A stretch of 64,000 nt of DNA, from contig OX597816.1 of assembly GCA_951406725.2 (NCBI GenBank), positions 46,686,001-46,750,000 on the forward strand, given 5' to 3'. Position numbers and translations under genes: made by a program. This stretch comes from Octopus vulgaris. Taxonomy: Eukaryota. Below, in pieces: positions 13,470 to 25,992 of this stretch. How positions within the stretch are numbered: position 1 is the stretch's first letter; each line of letters starts with the position of its first letter. A model generated the notes under the pieces. The model saw only the letters and a list, made by a program, of their open reading frames with translations. It was not told where the DNA came from and searched no databases.

Positions 13470-14611
13470 CCATGTTAAACCATCCTACCCATGCCAGCAT
13501 GGAAAGCAGACGTTAATTGATGATGATGCAGAGCTTAGGTGAGTTGGACACAACAAAGGTGATATAAGAGGAGGAAAGACATATGGTCAAAAATTCTTGA
13601 GTGTAGATAGCATAAGCTTAGCCAGCTCCAAGTAGCAGAGTCCATTATAATAGCTGTAGAAAAGACAGAGCAAGGAGACAGCATGCTTGTCTGCCTGAGA
13701 CGGGAGTGTGTCTAAGTGAAGTCCTTTATTATTCATATACACTAATACTTCAACTACAAGGCTGCCTAAATTTCTAAATTCTAAACTAGCTTTAATTGAA
13801 ATCTTCCTGCATTTTATTCTTTTCTAAAGACATCTTCATCCATCTTACATCATCTTTCTTGTCTCCAGTTTAGATTTTTTTTACAAATATTTTCCAATGT
13901 TTGAAATATTTGTGATACATTTTATTCTACTGACAGCATATGATATTTTATTTTATTTATATTATTTTTTTTCTTTTTTTTTTTTGTCTTGGAGAACTGA
14001 AGCAGAATAATTAGTAAGACTTGCTTAATAATATGATTACTTTTGTATTTAATTCTCATCTACTTAAAAATTATCCTATCAGATCATAGAGGTATTGTAT
14101 CTCCACTTATTAACAAGGGGGGGGGGCATTTATTCTTAAAATATTATATGGATCAAGGTTATTTTATTTCTCTGAATTTCTCTTTTTTTTTTCTTTTCTT
14201 TTAGGCTTTTTTCTTTTTTTTTTTTTTTTTTGCCCTGCATCAGTATTAGATTAGGACACTTACTTAACGAGATCAGTTCAACTTAACATTGACTTAATGC
14301 CTGTATATATGTATGTGTATGTACACAAACACACACACATGTAGTCTGTTGTTGAATGTCAGTGTCAGTGTAGTGCTACTGACATGCTTGCTAGAAAAAC
14401 TACTAAATGATAGAATCTCAAATATTCTGATTTTGATACTTTGGATAAATATATATTTGATAAAATTTAATTTCATTGAAAGAATCCTAGAGTGGTTTAA
14501 TGTAACCCTTTTAATACCAACCCACCTATTACCACCCGTCTTGAAGTACTCATATTTGAATTATAATTAGAATCTCTCTCAAATTAATACACCCTACAGA
14601 TTCTGTTTGTA

Positions 14612-15049
14612 CCAGGGTTTGCAGTACGTCCTTGTGAAGCTCTACAGATCTTTCAGGACAAGGCTCACTTTCTAGGCTGTAGTTTCCAGCTTGGAATTTC
14701 TGGAACCACCATTGACACTGGCTTACGCTTATTGTCCGATCCCCATATACTTCATTAATATTCCTCCCACTTTCCATTGCGTTGTTGACTTTATTGAACT
14801 CATAAAGCAAAATATGCCCCTTTGTCACTTCCATTATAGCTTTGAAAAAATAACTGTTACAATCGAACTGCACTCTTCAAAACTTGCACTAAGAATAAGT
14901 ACAAGGTAAAGTTACAACCCACTTTTATAGCAAGTAGATGCAGGTAGTTTATCCCATCTGCTTCTGACTTTTAGTTCATGCAATGGAAAAGCCACATTAT
15001 TTTTAGTTCATGCAATGGAAAAACCACATTATTTATGGGATCACCCAAT
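14612..15049 (-). mobile_element. Mariner (Tc1/mariner) transposon 5' fragment with degenerate transposase N-terminus
   Basis: Minus-strand peptide from 14834, MEVTKGHILLYEFNK..NINEVYGDRTISVSQCQWWFQKFQAGNYSLESEP, resembles the mariner/SETMAR HTH. TIR-like end tattgggtgatcccataaataatg at ~15025-15049. Confidence 0.85.
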
Positions 15050-15246
15050 ATTTAATCATAAGCCAAGTCAATCAGACTGACCTGAGTCTAATCAGCAACA
15101 GACATCAATACATTACAGCTTCAAGTGTTTTACTAAATTCATCTAGAGTCTCTGGAAATTAATTGAATATTAATATATACTGAAAATTAATTGAAATGCA
15201 GGTTGTTTTAATTAATTCAGTATAATCCAAAAAACAAATAATCATG

Positions 15247-15390
15247 TTTACCAACCACATGGTTCAGTTCTACTGCGTGGCACCTTGGGTAAGTGTCTTC
15301 TACTATAGCCTCGGGCCGACCAAAGCCTTGTGAGTGGGTTTGGTGGACGGAAACTAAAAGAAGCCCGTTGTGTGTGTGTGTGTATATATA
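15247..15390 (+). mobile_element. SINE family A 5' half, truncated at its microsatellite linker by a hammerhead-bearing element (15391-15522)
   Basis: Family A head sequence, then (TG)(TA)n, then the reverse complement of the 11950-12075 unit. Confidence 0.8.
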
Positions 15391-15467
15391 TCACCATGAT
15401 AGATCGGTAGCCACTACACACATTTTTTTTCTCTCCTTGTTTCTCTCCTTGTTTTTCCTTCTGTGTC

Positions 15468-15505
15468 CCTTTCTGTAGATGAACGTAGGCTCGAAACGTA
15501 AAAGA
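15468..15505 (+). ncRNA. Degenerate minimal hammerhead motif (CUGUAGA core)
   Basis: CUUU-CUGUAGA-U-GAAC-GUAG-GCUC-GAAAC-GUA-AAAG, with one mismatch in stem II. Lies in a reverse-complement copy of the 11.9-12.1 kb element. Confidence 0.45.
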
Positions 15506-15786
15506 CTTTTTCAATTCCTGAGTTCAAATGCTGCCATGGTTGACTTTGCCTTTCATCTCTTTCAGGATCAATAAAATAAGTACTAGTTGGGTCAATCTAA
15601 TTGACTTATCCCTCCTCAAATTGCTGGCCTTGTGCCAAAATTTGAAAACACTATTTATAGAGACACATGAGAATTTATGAGTATATAAATTTGAATCAAA
15701 TGTTGTATAAAATTTATTTTCCTGTATTCTTTTCAACCGTTTTAAAACTATATTTAAATATTTTTCTTGGTTTTATTTCTCTTCAG

Positions 15787-16014
15787 ATATTGCAAAAGGA
15801 TATAGAATCCCATTTGAGAGTGGTTTCAGCAGTACTTAAGCTTGGTGAATGCCTTCAAAATGGAAAAAATGAAGAAAAGCTTCATGAACAATCTATCACC
15901 TTTCCAGAATCACTCCATGATGTCAGCCACAACCTGGAGAAAAGATGGCATACAATTTGGTTACAGTCGCTTGAGTGGCAGTGTCGTTTAGAACAAGCAA
16001 TTATCTCTAAGAAG
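15787..16014 (+). CDS. klar: Internal coding exon (76 aa, phase 0/0) of Klarsicht-like / nesprin-AKAP6-related spectrin-repeat protein
   Basis: Polypyrimidine tract + ttcag acceptor at 15786 and AAG|gtatgt donor at 16015. Translation ILQKDIESHLRVVSAVLKL...NLEKRWHTIWLQSLEWQCRLE resembles the spectrin-like repeat (DIESH...LERRW...LEWQC) I recall from arthropod Klarsicht, nesprin and AKAP6. Confidence 0.85.
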
Positions 16015-16145
16015 GTATGTATTTGCTTGCTAACACCTTTATAGTTTTTTTTTTCCCTCTTATTCTCAGGTGGAAATAATTTTTTCATTTGAGGAAAGAA
16101 CTGATCTCAATGTATGTTGAGAACACTAGTTTTTGTTAAATGGTA

Positions 16146-16320
16146 GGTGCGGGCATGGCTATGTAGTTAGGGAGCTTGCTTCCTAACTACATGGTTTCGG
16201 GTTCAGTCCCACTGCGTGGCACTTTGGGTAGGTGTCTTCCACTATAGCCCCGAGCCGACCGGAGCTTTGTGATTGAATTCGGTAGGTGGAAGTTACTGCC
16301 GTGTGTGTATATGTGTGTAT
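16146..16320 (+). mobile_element. SINE family A head, diverged
   Basis: ggttcagtcccactgcgtggcactttgggtaggtgtcttc similarity. Confidence 0.7.
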
Positions 16321-16643
16321 GGCTGCTCAGTGCCTCTCCGAAAGAAAGAGAGAGGGTAGCAAAATTGGTAAATTCAGTTTCTATCTGTCAACTAAACAAC
16401 TTACCAGAATATTAAAAGGATCTGAAAACTACAAACCCTTTTTTAACTCTCTAATGCCTGAATTATCAATCTAAATTAAATTCTTCTTAACCATAATAGA
16501 TACCCTCTTTCTGTAATCTTACTTCAAACCTGCACAAGAGAATGGACACAGTTATATATAATGATTTCTAAGATATTGCCACATAGTTACAATTTTATAG
16601 GTGGTGAGATACAGCTGTTTGAATCAACATCATTACATCACTT

Positions 16644-16759
16644 CATTTTTTTTTTTATGTAAGTTTTGTAGAAAGGAATAGAAGTCAGATTCAATCCAAA
16701 CATTTTTTTTTTTATGTAAGTTTTGTAGAAAGGAATAGAAGTCAGATTCAATCCAAACA
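16644..16759. repeat. Exact 57-bp tandem duplication
   Basis: catttttttttttatgtaagttttgtagaaaggaatagaagtcagattcaatccaaa occurs twice. Confidence 0.9.
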
Positions 16760-18724
16760 GGATTTGAACTCAGAACAGAAAAGCATGAGGTGCAATAGCT
16801 TTTCTCCCAATATCACTTTGGTCTCTTTTCTGGCTCTTTCTGTCACTACTAATATAATAAAGGATATAAGATCAGCAATTTATATTTCTATGCTTAACTG
16901 TAATAAGGGGGTGAAAATGATATTTAACACTTAATGGCTAAATCAGACTAGCTATAAGGATAGGAACAGTAGATGACATTAAGAAGAGTTGGGGGCATAT
17001 ATAGTTGATCAATACTTTTAGTTTGCAGTGCTGAACTAAAATCTTCCTGTAGAAAAAAAATCTTACAAGAAACTTAGTGTAAGTCACCCCTGAACTATTC
17101 CATGATACTAACATATTTGTATACCAAACAACTGAGTGAATTTAGAACATTATTATTACCACCAATGTAATTATTTTCATTGTAAATTTTGTAATCAATA
17201 ATCAATTACACTTTTGTAATTATTGCAGTTGATTATTGATTAATACAGTTTTTTTTTCAACAAGAGGAGGCCTAGGAAAATATTTACAAATTGATATTAC
17301 AAATAAAAATGTTCTCAATAAACTTAATTCGTTTATACACACAAGCTCAGGTCAAGTATTTTATTTGCATAAACCTCTATTAAACCCCAATCCAACATTT
17401 ACTCAGGTATTCATAACTAGTGAACCATATCATAATAGGTATAATAATCCCCCTGGACCATTTTGGATTTGCTATTTTCCATTATTTCTTTCCTTCATTT
17501 TTAGGCACTCTATTCTTTTACTCTTGGTATAGATTTTTATTGTGTCTGCTTTAGAAAATATCACAGAATAAGAACATCAAATATTTACTAGTGTTTACTA
17601 GAAAAACTATAATCCAAACTTCTTTTACCTCGATAACTTTTTTTGCTTGTTCTTCTTGTTCTAACATTCTTCTTCTCTTCATTATTTTTAAGTATTTTTG
17701 TTATATAATTCAATTCATGATAGTATGGAAAATGGATGCTTAAAGAATGAACAAATGATATATATATATATATATATGTGTGTATATGTATAAATGATTT
17801 GCTTTTCAAACAAACATACATTGCTTAATAAAATATTTGCTTGCTACAAAAGTTCTCCACTACTGGAAGCTATTTACTTAGACTCATATAAAACAATCCC
17901 ATCCAAATTATACAGTATAGGGTGTTTGAGGAGAGTACCCCATCATAATTTCCTCCTTGCTCCCCTTTCTGAGCCAATATTAGCAATTAAGAGTTGAATA
18001 ACAGTTTATGGTAGACTTTTTTTATATTTTTTCATTACCATTGCTGTCTCTTAAATCAAGGTTATTGATTTTAAGGTGTTATTTCCTTGAAAACTTTTGG
18101 ACTCGAGTGCAATGTTCTTAATCTTAAGTTTATGTATATATTGCTCCCCTTCAAAAATAAAAAAAATATGTATCTCTGTATACATTACTGGACAATTATA
18201 GATCATAGTTAGATGTCATTCGGCAAACAGTGTCAATAAGGAATTGTATGGGACTTTTTTTGATGTTATGTTTGTATTCATTGCAGAGTTAGTTTAGTTC
18301 ACTGGTTGCTTGATTAGTTGGAGTGTGTGAGAGGGAAAGGTTGATTGTTAACTTTCACTCACACTTCATCAGTGTATGCTGGATTTTCATTGTTATTTAA
18401 TATCAGTTATGCAATATCCTCTCTAATTAAGCATATTAGATATTAAGTGCAGTGTTTGTCTATAACTATTGAGTAGAAAATGTCAATCAAAGTCTTAGGT
18501 AATTTTCGTTGTCTTTATTATTGATGGTGGTGATAATAATAATGATATTAGTAATAATTTCAAATTTTGACACAAGGCCGGCAGTTTTGGGCTGGAGGCG
18601 GTTAAATCGATTACATTGACCCCAGAGTTCAACTGGTATTTATTTTATCGACCCTGAAAGTATTAAAAGCAAAGTTGAACTCAGAACATAAAGGCAGACA
18701 AAATGCCACTAAGCATTTTACCAC

Positions 18725-18756
<32 letters not shown>

Positions 18757-19140
18757 TATTCATAATGATGCTGGTTGAAGGTGACAATGGTTGTAATAAT
18801 AGTAGCAAAAATAACAAGGGGGGAAACAATAGTAAAGGTAGAGATATGGCTGGTTGAATGTAACCTAGTTCATTATTACTACTTGTTTCATTGACCTTTT
18901 GTTCTAAGTGGGATGAAAGAGAAATTTAACTTTGAGATTTGAACTCAGAATGTGAAAAGGATCAAGCTAAATACAGCTTTCTACCTCAAATAATAATCAC
19001 TTTTTAAAATTTAGGTGCAAGGTCAAACATTTTGCAGGAAGGGAACAATTGATTGTATCAACCTAATATTTAGACTGGCGTTTGGTTTAGCAACTCTTGA
19101 AAGATTGAAAGGCTAAAAGTAACTTTGGTAGGATTTGAAC

Positions 19141-19372
19141 TTAACCCTTTCATTACCGTATTTATTTATTTTGAAATCCTCTGTGTTTCTCTCAATTGAT
19201 TTTAAATATAACCAAGAATTTAGTAAAATAATTTAGTTATCATTAAGGTAGGGTTGAGAACAAATCATGACTAAAGTTTGGTGGAAGATTTTAATTGAAA
19301 ACTTGTGAAAACAAAGCATTTGTACTACAGAGCCAGAGGCGGTTTCAGCCGGGTTGGTATTGAAAAGGTTAA
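19141..19372. mobile_element. piggyBac-type MITE (TTAA-CCCT termini)
   Basis: ttaaccctttca...tgaaaaggttaa. Related decayed copies at ~35.65-35.87, 48.3-48.6 and 54.16-54.6 kb. Confidence 0.7.
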
Positions 19373-20257
19373 AAAATAAACAGCTGGAACAAATACTGCA
19401 AAGCTTTTTGTCTGACACTCTAAAATGTCTGCCGATTCTCCTCTTTGAGTACCACTAATGTTGATTTCTAACATTGGCATAGGACCACATATTGATGGAG
19501 AGTTACAGTTGGTTATATTGATTTCAGTAGTTGTCTGGTACTTTACTTTATCAACTCCAGAAGGTTGTAAGGTAACATCTGCTAAAACCAGATTTGAATG
19601 ACCCCAGTTGAACCGTCCAACCCATGCTAGCATGGAAAGCGGACGTTAAACGATGATGATGATGATTGTAAAACAGACTGTTATCCAAATAAAACATAAG
19701 AGGAAGACCATAGGGAAAAGGAAATTTCACAATCATAATCATCATAAATATCATCATCATCTTTTAACATCCGTTTTCCATGCTGGCATGGGTCAGTCGG
19801 TTTGGCCAGAGCTAGCTGTCCAACCCATGCCAGCATGGAAAATGAACGTTAAAGAATGATGATGATTTAAATAATATCAACAAACTTCAAATATTCTCAT
19901 GTACCTCTATTAATACCAACAGCTGTATACAAACATGTAAAAACATAACCTTATAACATATTCAGGTACACTTAACGCACAATCAATGATAATTATCTAT
20001 TCTTTTCATTAATATGATGCTATTACATAGAGAAGTGCATCTTATCCATTAACCCAGTAAATTGATGTATATGATGGGAGAAAAAAAAAAGTTTTGTTGA
20101 TTCTGGATCGAGGTATATTATGCTTACTGAGCTGACAAAGGGAGAAACAAGAGCCCTAATCTTACTTTTGTAGTCAAGTAATTAGCTGCAAAAAGAGCTT
20201 CTGGTTGACTAAAAGAAAAAAACTGAGCCAGTGAATAAAAACCATGTCACCTTCGTA

Positions 20258-20652
20258 TACTCTTTATTCTTTTAATTATTTCAGTCATTTGACTTTGGCC
20301 ATGCTAGAGCACCGCCTTTTAGTCAAGCAAATCAACCCCAGGACTTATTCTTTGTAAGCCTAGTACTTATTCTATCGGTCACTTTTGCCGAACCGCTAAG
20401 TTACGGGGACGTAAACACACCAGCATCGGTTGTCAAGCGATGCTGGGGGGATAAACACAGACATACAAACATATATATATATATATATATATATACGCGA
20501 CAGGCTTCTTTCAGTTTCCGTCCACCAAATCCACTCACAAGGCTTTGGTTGACCTGAGGCTAGAGTAGAAGACACTTGCCCAAGGTGCCACGCAATGGGA
20601 CTGAACCAGGAACCACGTGGTTTGTTAGCAAGCTACTTACCACACAGCCACT
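20258..20652 (-). mobile_element. SINE family A, full length
   Basis: Reverse complement of 10916-11311. Confidence 0.92.
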
Positions 20653-21329
20653 GGGTGGGGAAAAAAAAAATTGTAAAATTATGTATCTGCATACATTCAT
20701 GTACATCTATGTATTTGTGTGTGTGTGTGTGCTTGTGAGGTTCATAGTCTCTTACTTTTGAGCTCACCACGCAAAACTACTGCCACCAGTTTACTTTATG
20801 GAACAAAGAGCATAAACAAAACATCCCACTCATAGAAGCATTGAAAAAGTAGATGTTAAATGGTAATAAATGTGTATGGTTGTGTCACGTTTTCTTGTGA
20901 CATAACCACATACTTAACATACAAACTGTGACACGTATTTGTTCATAAAATCTTGTATTCAATCAGGGAGTGATTATCCTGTACACAGTTTATATTGTAT
21001 TTGCTGGTTTATTTAAAGCCGAAGTTCCACATTTACATAACTCTTATTTACTTGTCTATTAACTATATTTTCCACCATCCAAATTGCAATACATTCTTTA
21101 ACCACATAGACACCTGCCTCTTTTGATTATTTTTATGGCTGGACACTGATCTGTAGGGGAGGAGGTGCTTGAATCGGGTCGCAAATTTACCTGATTCTAT
21201 TTGTTTTCATAGCTATATTTTGAGGACATCACTTGTTTCTTGAAAGGCTGCTCAAGAACTGAAGCAAGAGATCATAGTTCTAAGTTTCAGTCTCATCTAC
21301 TAAATTCAGACACTTTATACCTCTTTTTC

Positions 21330-21810
21330 CCCTCACTTGCTGAGTCTTGAAGAGGCAACATCCATAACCATTGCAGGCCCTCATAGAACCTATGCTTGGG
21401 AAAAATATTAGCAAGAAGGGAGTTCTAGAGGGCTGAAGTTCCTGGATGGAAGGGCTGCGTATAGTGATTTGTTCAAGGTCTGAGAGAGTTGGATACAACA
21501 AAGGTGATGATGAGAAGGGAAGACAAGTGGGGCAGGAATACTTGACAACGGGTGGTATGAGCCCAGTCGGCTACAAAGCAGAGACCTGTCAAAGCACTGG
21601 TAAAGGTAGAAGAAAGGAGACTGCTGACAGCTCACCTATGAACCAGAGACTGAAGTGTGTCTGTAAATGACTTTGTACCCATAAGTTGGGTGGTCCCTTT
21701 TCTGCATGTAATCTAGAATATCTGTATGTGTGCACAACAGTAGCCCTTCCCCATATGTGAAAGCAATACTCCATTGTCAGTATTACCTGAGCTTTGAGGA
21801 ATATCAATCT
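21330..21810 (-). mobile_element. Decayed LINE (CR1/jockey-group) ORF2 C-terminal fragment
   Basis: Minus-strand LKAQVILTMEYCFHIWGRA resembles the LYKxxxRPxxEYCSxIW motif of LINE RT C-termini. Confidence 0.55.
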
Positions 21811-24800
21811 AGCTATCAGAAAATTAAGTAGAAAAACTAACCTGAAAATTTCAATGATGCCAGTTTTAACAATGTTTGTATAAAATCATTTGTTTTTTCT
21901 TTTTAGACTTATTCTTTAGTATATTCCTTCATTTCCAGTTGACCTGTTATGTTCACCATCCTCTTTTTGTTACATTTATTTTTAAACACTAACAGTGATG
22001 AGTGGGAACAAGAAACAAATTATAAACATGTAATATGGCTCATTTATCTTCTCGGGCACGCCTAGAACAGTTTACACATTGTTTGCTGAGTCAAGCTACA
22101 ATTGCTGCTACTGGTTAATGAAATCACCTACATATCTATATCTTATATACTATTCAGAAGGTTATAACATAACTTGTTTCCCTGTTTGAGTATTGAAAAG
22201 TCTGTGTTCAAGATGTCTGGGTTTTTTTTCATCCAATATTATTCTATTTCTAATGTCTGTGTAGTTAGTTGCCAGGTGTTTTCCTGCAATTCTGATAATA
22301 TAGCTAACAAGTGATAAGACAAGACTCGGATGAAGGGAGCTGGAGGATTACTTAGGCAAGTCCTGCTCTGATTATTATTATTAGTAGTAGGAGCAGTAAT
22401 AACAACAGCACCCAGACACTATGTTCTTGTGTAAATTAGTTATTAAAGCAAACAAACTGCAGAGAACTTTGACAGCTGAAAGATATGGCTCACTGTTCAG
22501 ATATGGAGAGGGTTTGTTGATCAAAAGGCAATGACATTCTATATTTCCGTCTGACTATGGATTTATTGGCAACACTGCAAGCTTTATATATAATATTTGT
22601 TTGAGGGGTATGATGATAGTAAGGATCCTAAGAATGATGTGACTGCAGTGTCATGCAGCAACTAAACAGACCTATAATTAATTAATTGACTTGGGTTCAA
22701 ATTTCTTTCAAGTTCATTGAAACCTATACTACTGATCAATCACAAAATATCAGTTTATTTTTTAACCTTATAAACATATATTAATTTTGTAGATGTATGT
22801 ATGTGAGATGAACTCTCTTACGAATTTTGGCATATGAGCTCCCAGTTGTTAAATCAACTGGCATATGTACTCCCACTTGTTAAATCATACTCATTGAATT
22901 AGTAAGTACCCTTAAATGTAATTTTCAAGTAGAATCAGCAAGACAGTCTGACAAGACTGGACCTTTGAGTACTGATAGGTACTTGTATATCTGATAGGTT
23001 TGTATATATCTTCTGCCTACCCAAGTTCACTCATAAGGCCTGGGCTGATCTGAAGCTGTGGTAAAAGCACTTAGCTGAAATGCCAAGCAGTAGAATCGAA
23101 CCAGAGACCTCATAATTGCAAAGCAGATTTATTAACCACTCAGCAGCCATAACTCCATCTATATTATATGCAATCAATGACATGTTCAAACATAATCTCT
23201 TAATGCACGAGATTACAAGATATCAATAATGTTTTATATAAGCAGAGTCCACTTGTTTATAAGGAAACTGAAATAGTGACTACGTGACAATCATATCTTT
23301 CTCAAGGGCATTTACTAGCATGTTGTTGGGAGTTGTGGACTTTGCATATCTGAAAGATTATCAGTTCTGTCTCAGTCATTGCTGTTGTTATTGTTTTGTT
23401 TTTAGCCCAGGTCAACCCCAATACAAGCAGATCTATTGATCAAAGGCATTCCAGCTATGGCCATCTCTTTTTTTTTTTTTTTTTTTTTTTTTATATTTTT
23501 CTTTTAAGGGTATGTGGGACTACAGTGCCTAATGTGTCCTTATTTGATAGTTAGCTGTGATTTGAAGGCGGTGTAGCTGCTGGTTTTAGAAATTGGTTGA
23601 CAGAAAGTGAAAGAAACCTGTTGTATATATGTCTGTGTGTTCCCTTTTTTTTATGACAAATGTATGCTAATTGAATACAAAAGTCACCATCATACAAATA
23701 GTATCATTTGTTTACAATCTTGAAAAAGCATGCCTGGCCATCAGGCCCTTTGTTGTTCAAAAGACTAGAGGAAATAGAAACAGTTTTCATACATAAAAAC
23801 AGTTGAGGATTGGTGAGTGGAAGAACATCCGGTCAATGAAAAATCTACTTTGACTAAGTTTTGTCTAACTTAAACAAATAAGCATGGAAACGTGAAAATG
23901 AAATGATGATGATGATTATGATACTAATAGCAGATATACATGTATTACATGTAAGATTAACTTCTGATTTATGTAATCAAGTAAATTTGTCTTTTATTAG
24001 AACCGCCTTCAGTTTTTGTTTGCTTTTTTTTTTTGTTTTTGTTTTCATTTTCATTTTTCACCTCCACATTTCTCACCGCTATTGTTCTTTTCTTCCTTAT
24101 TATCATGATTGATTAGTAACATCATTTCAAAGAACAGGTTTTGTTAATTGCCCAAAACAAAGAGGAAGCATATAAACAAGAGAAAAATATGATCAATTTT
24201 TAACTGTCTGCTTTAATAATGAAAGTAAAAATATGAAAGAGAACAAAGGACAAAAAATAGTGTGAGAGAAAGAGAAAAGCAATGACTTTTTGTTGGTGGT
24301 GAAACGGAAATAAAAGATCTTCACAGCTTCAACTGCTTTGTGTAAATATGATAGGATCTCATTTAAGTAACATAATGAGCTGAAAACTCACTATATTACA
24401 TACATGAGACTCACTTCAAGTGACCGAGATTATCCAAGTAATTAGTAGAAGAAAAAAATACTCCTATGAGGAATGTTTAAAATTTTAAGATAATAAGCAA
24501 GACAGATGACTCCAATAAGATCAATTGATCAAATTTTTTGGGAGACAATATAGGCAATGAACACTGATTGGCCCTGGTCCTTAAAAGCTAACTGGTGAAA
24601 GTAATGAACATGTTTCAGTCTTATTAGACCTCTTTAGCAAAGCATATTCTCGGGTAGCAAGATTTAAAAGTGATTAGTATATTTATATAGAAATAGAGGG
24701 AGTATTATGACATTGATTATAAATATCAACAAAATATGGCTAGTGGTGGTGGTGGGAGGGATCCCCTCGGGAGCATTTTGTATTCTTTTATTAATTACTA

Positions 24801-25773
24801 TCATTTGTAAATTAGTTTTCAGATTTAAGTATTATGCTACTGTTATTTTTTGTTTTCTCTTTGTCCCTCAAATAAGTTTGTGAATGATTTTAAGTTGTTG
24901 TTTGACCCGCTAGAAATAGCAGCCAGGTTTCCCTCAAATCACACATTACCATGTTGATGTTTAGAATGAATTTTAAAAAAGCCAATAACCATAGCTGAAA
25001 TGCCTTTAATTATAGATATGCTCAATTGAGGCTGAGTCAAGGCTAAACATGAGAGAAAGGTAATATGTAGGTGAACCAAGTTTGGAACAGATAGGTATGT
25101 AAGTAAATAGGTAGCTTGGTAAGTAGGTAGGTAGGTAGGTTTTGAACCTGAGGCCAATCCAATTGAACAGGCCTATGATCTAAGAGATTCTAGCCATGAC
25201 CATTCCATCTCCTTAGAAGCATCCAACACTACCTTATCCAATGTATCCTTTCCTCTTTTAAGATGGTAGTGTATGATTTGAGAGTGATTTGGCTGCCATT
25301 TCTTGCAAGTTAAGTGACCACATACAGACTCCTTTATTATATATTTGCTTTGAGTATGTATAAGGCAGCTCTGTAACTGGCTTCAACATCCTTTGATGTG
25401 CCCTTGTATTCTCCTTATCTTATAAGCCTACATGCAACGTGCCCACATACATGTAAGCAGTTTGCAAGTTTGTATAAGTGATAAGATATAGATTGTAAAG
25501 ATCTTTTGTGTCAGTTATGTAAATAAGTGTGGATATATATATGTTATTAAATATCCAGTAGTTTTTCTAAATCACTCACTTGGGGACAAATTATATATAT
25601 TATAGATTTTGTATATCTGTAATGTGGATTTTATAGATATACAGCATATTGAAATAGAAGAGGATGGTCATGTCTGGAATACCTTTGAATATAGGTCTGC
25701 TAGATGAGAGTTGACATGAGTGTAAAGAGCAATCACATCCTTTGTAGCTTCAGTGAAATCTGACATGTTAGAA

Positions 25774-25992
25774 CAGTGCTTTTCAAACTTTTTGCTGGAG
25801 CGGAACCCCAAGGAAAGATTCCACTGGCTCGGGGAACCCCTGTGCAATAACTTAATAGTCTTATGCACACATATCTGCACAGGAAAATTAAAAATTACTG
25901 CCAATTTTAGCAGTTTTGTAACTTCTTGCAGAACCCCTGGACTGTACTGGCGGAACCCTAAGGTTCCACGGAACCCTGGTTGATAACCACTG
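25774..25992. mobile_element. hAT (Charlie-like) MITE
   Basis: TIRs CAGTGCTTTTCAA / TTGATAACCACTG and a perfect 8-bp TSD TGTTAGAA (25766-25773, 25993-26000). Confidence 0.9.

Noticed and set aside
14550-14873. Domesticated SETMAR-like gene
   Set aside because: Only a truncated, mutated N-terminal HTH next to its TIR, with no catalytic DDD domain or splice support; it is a transposon relic.
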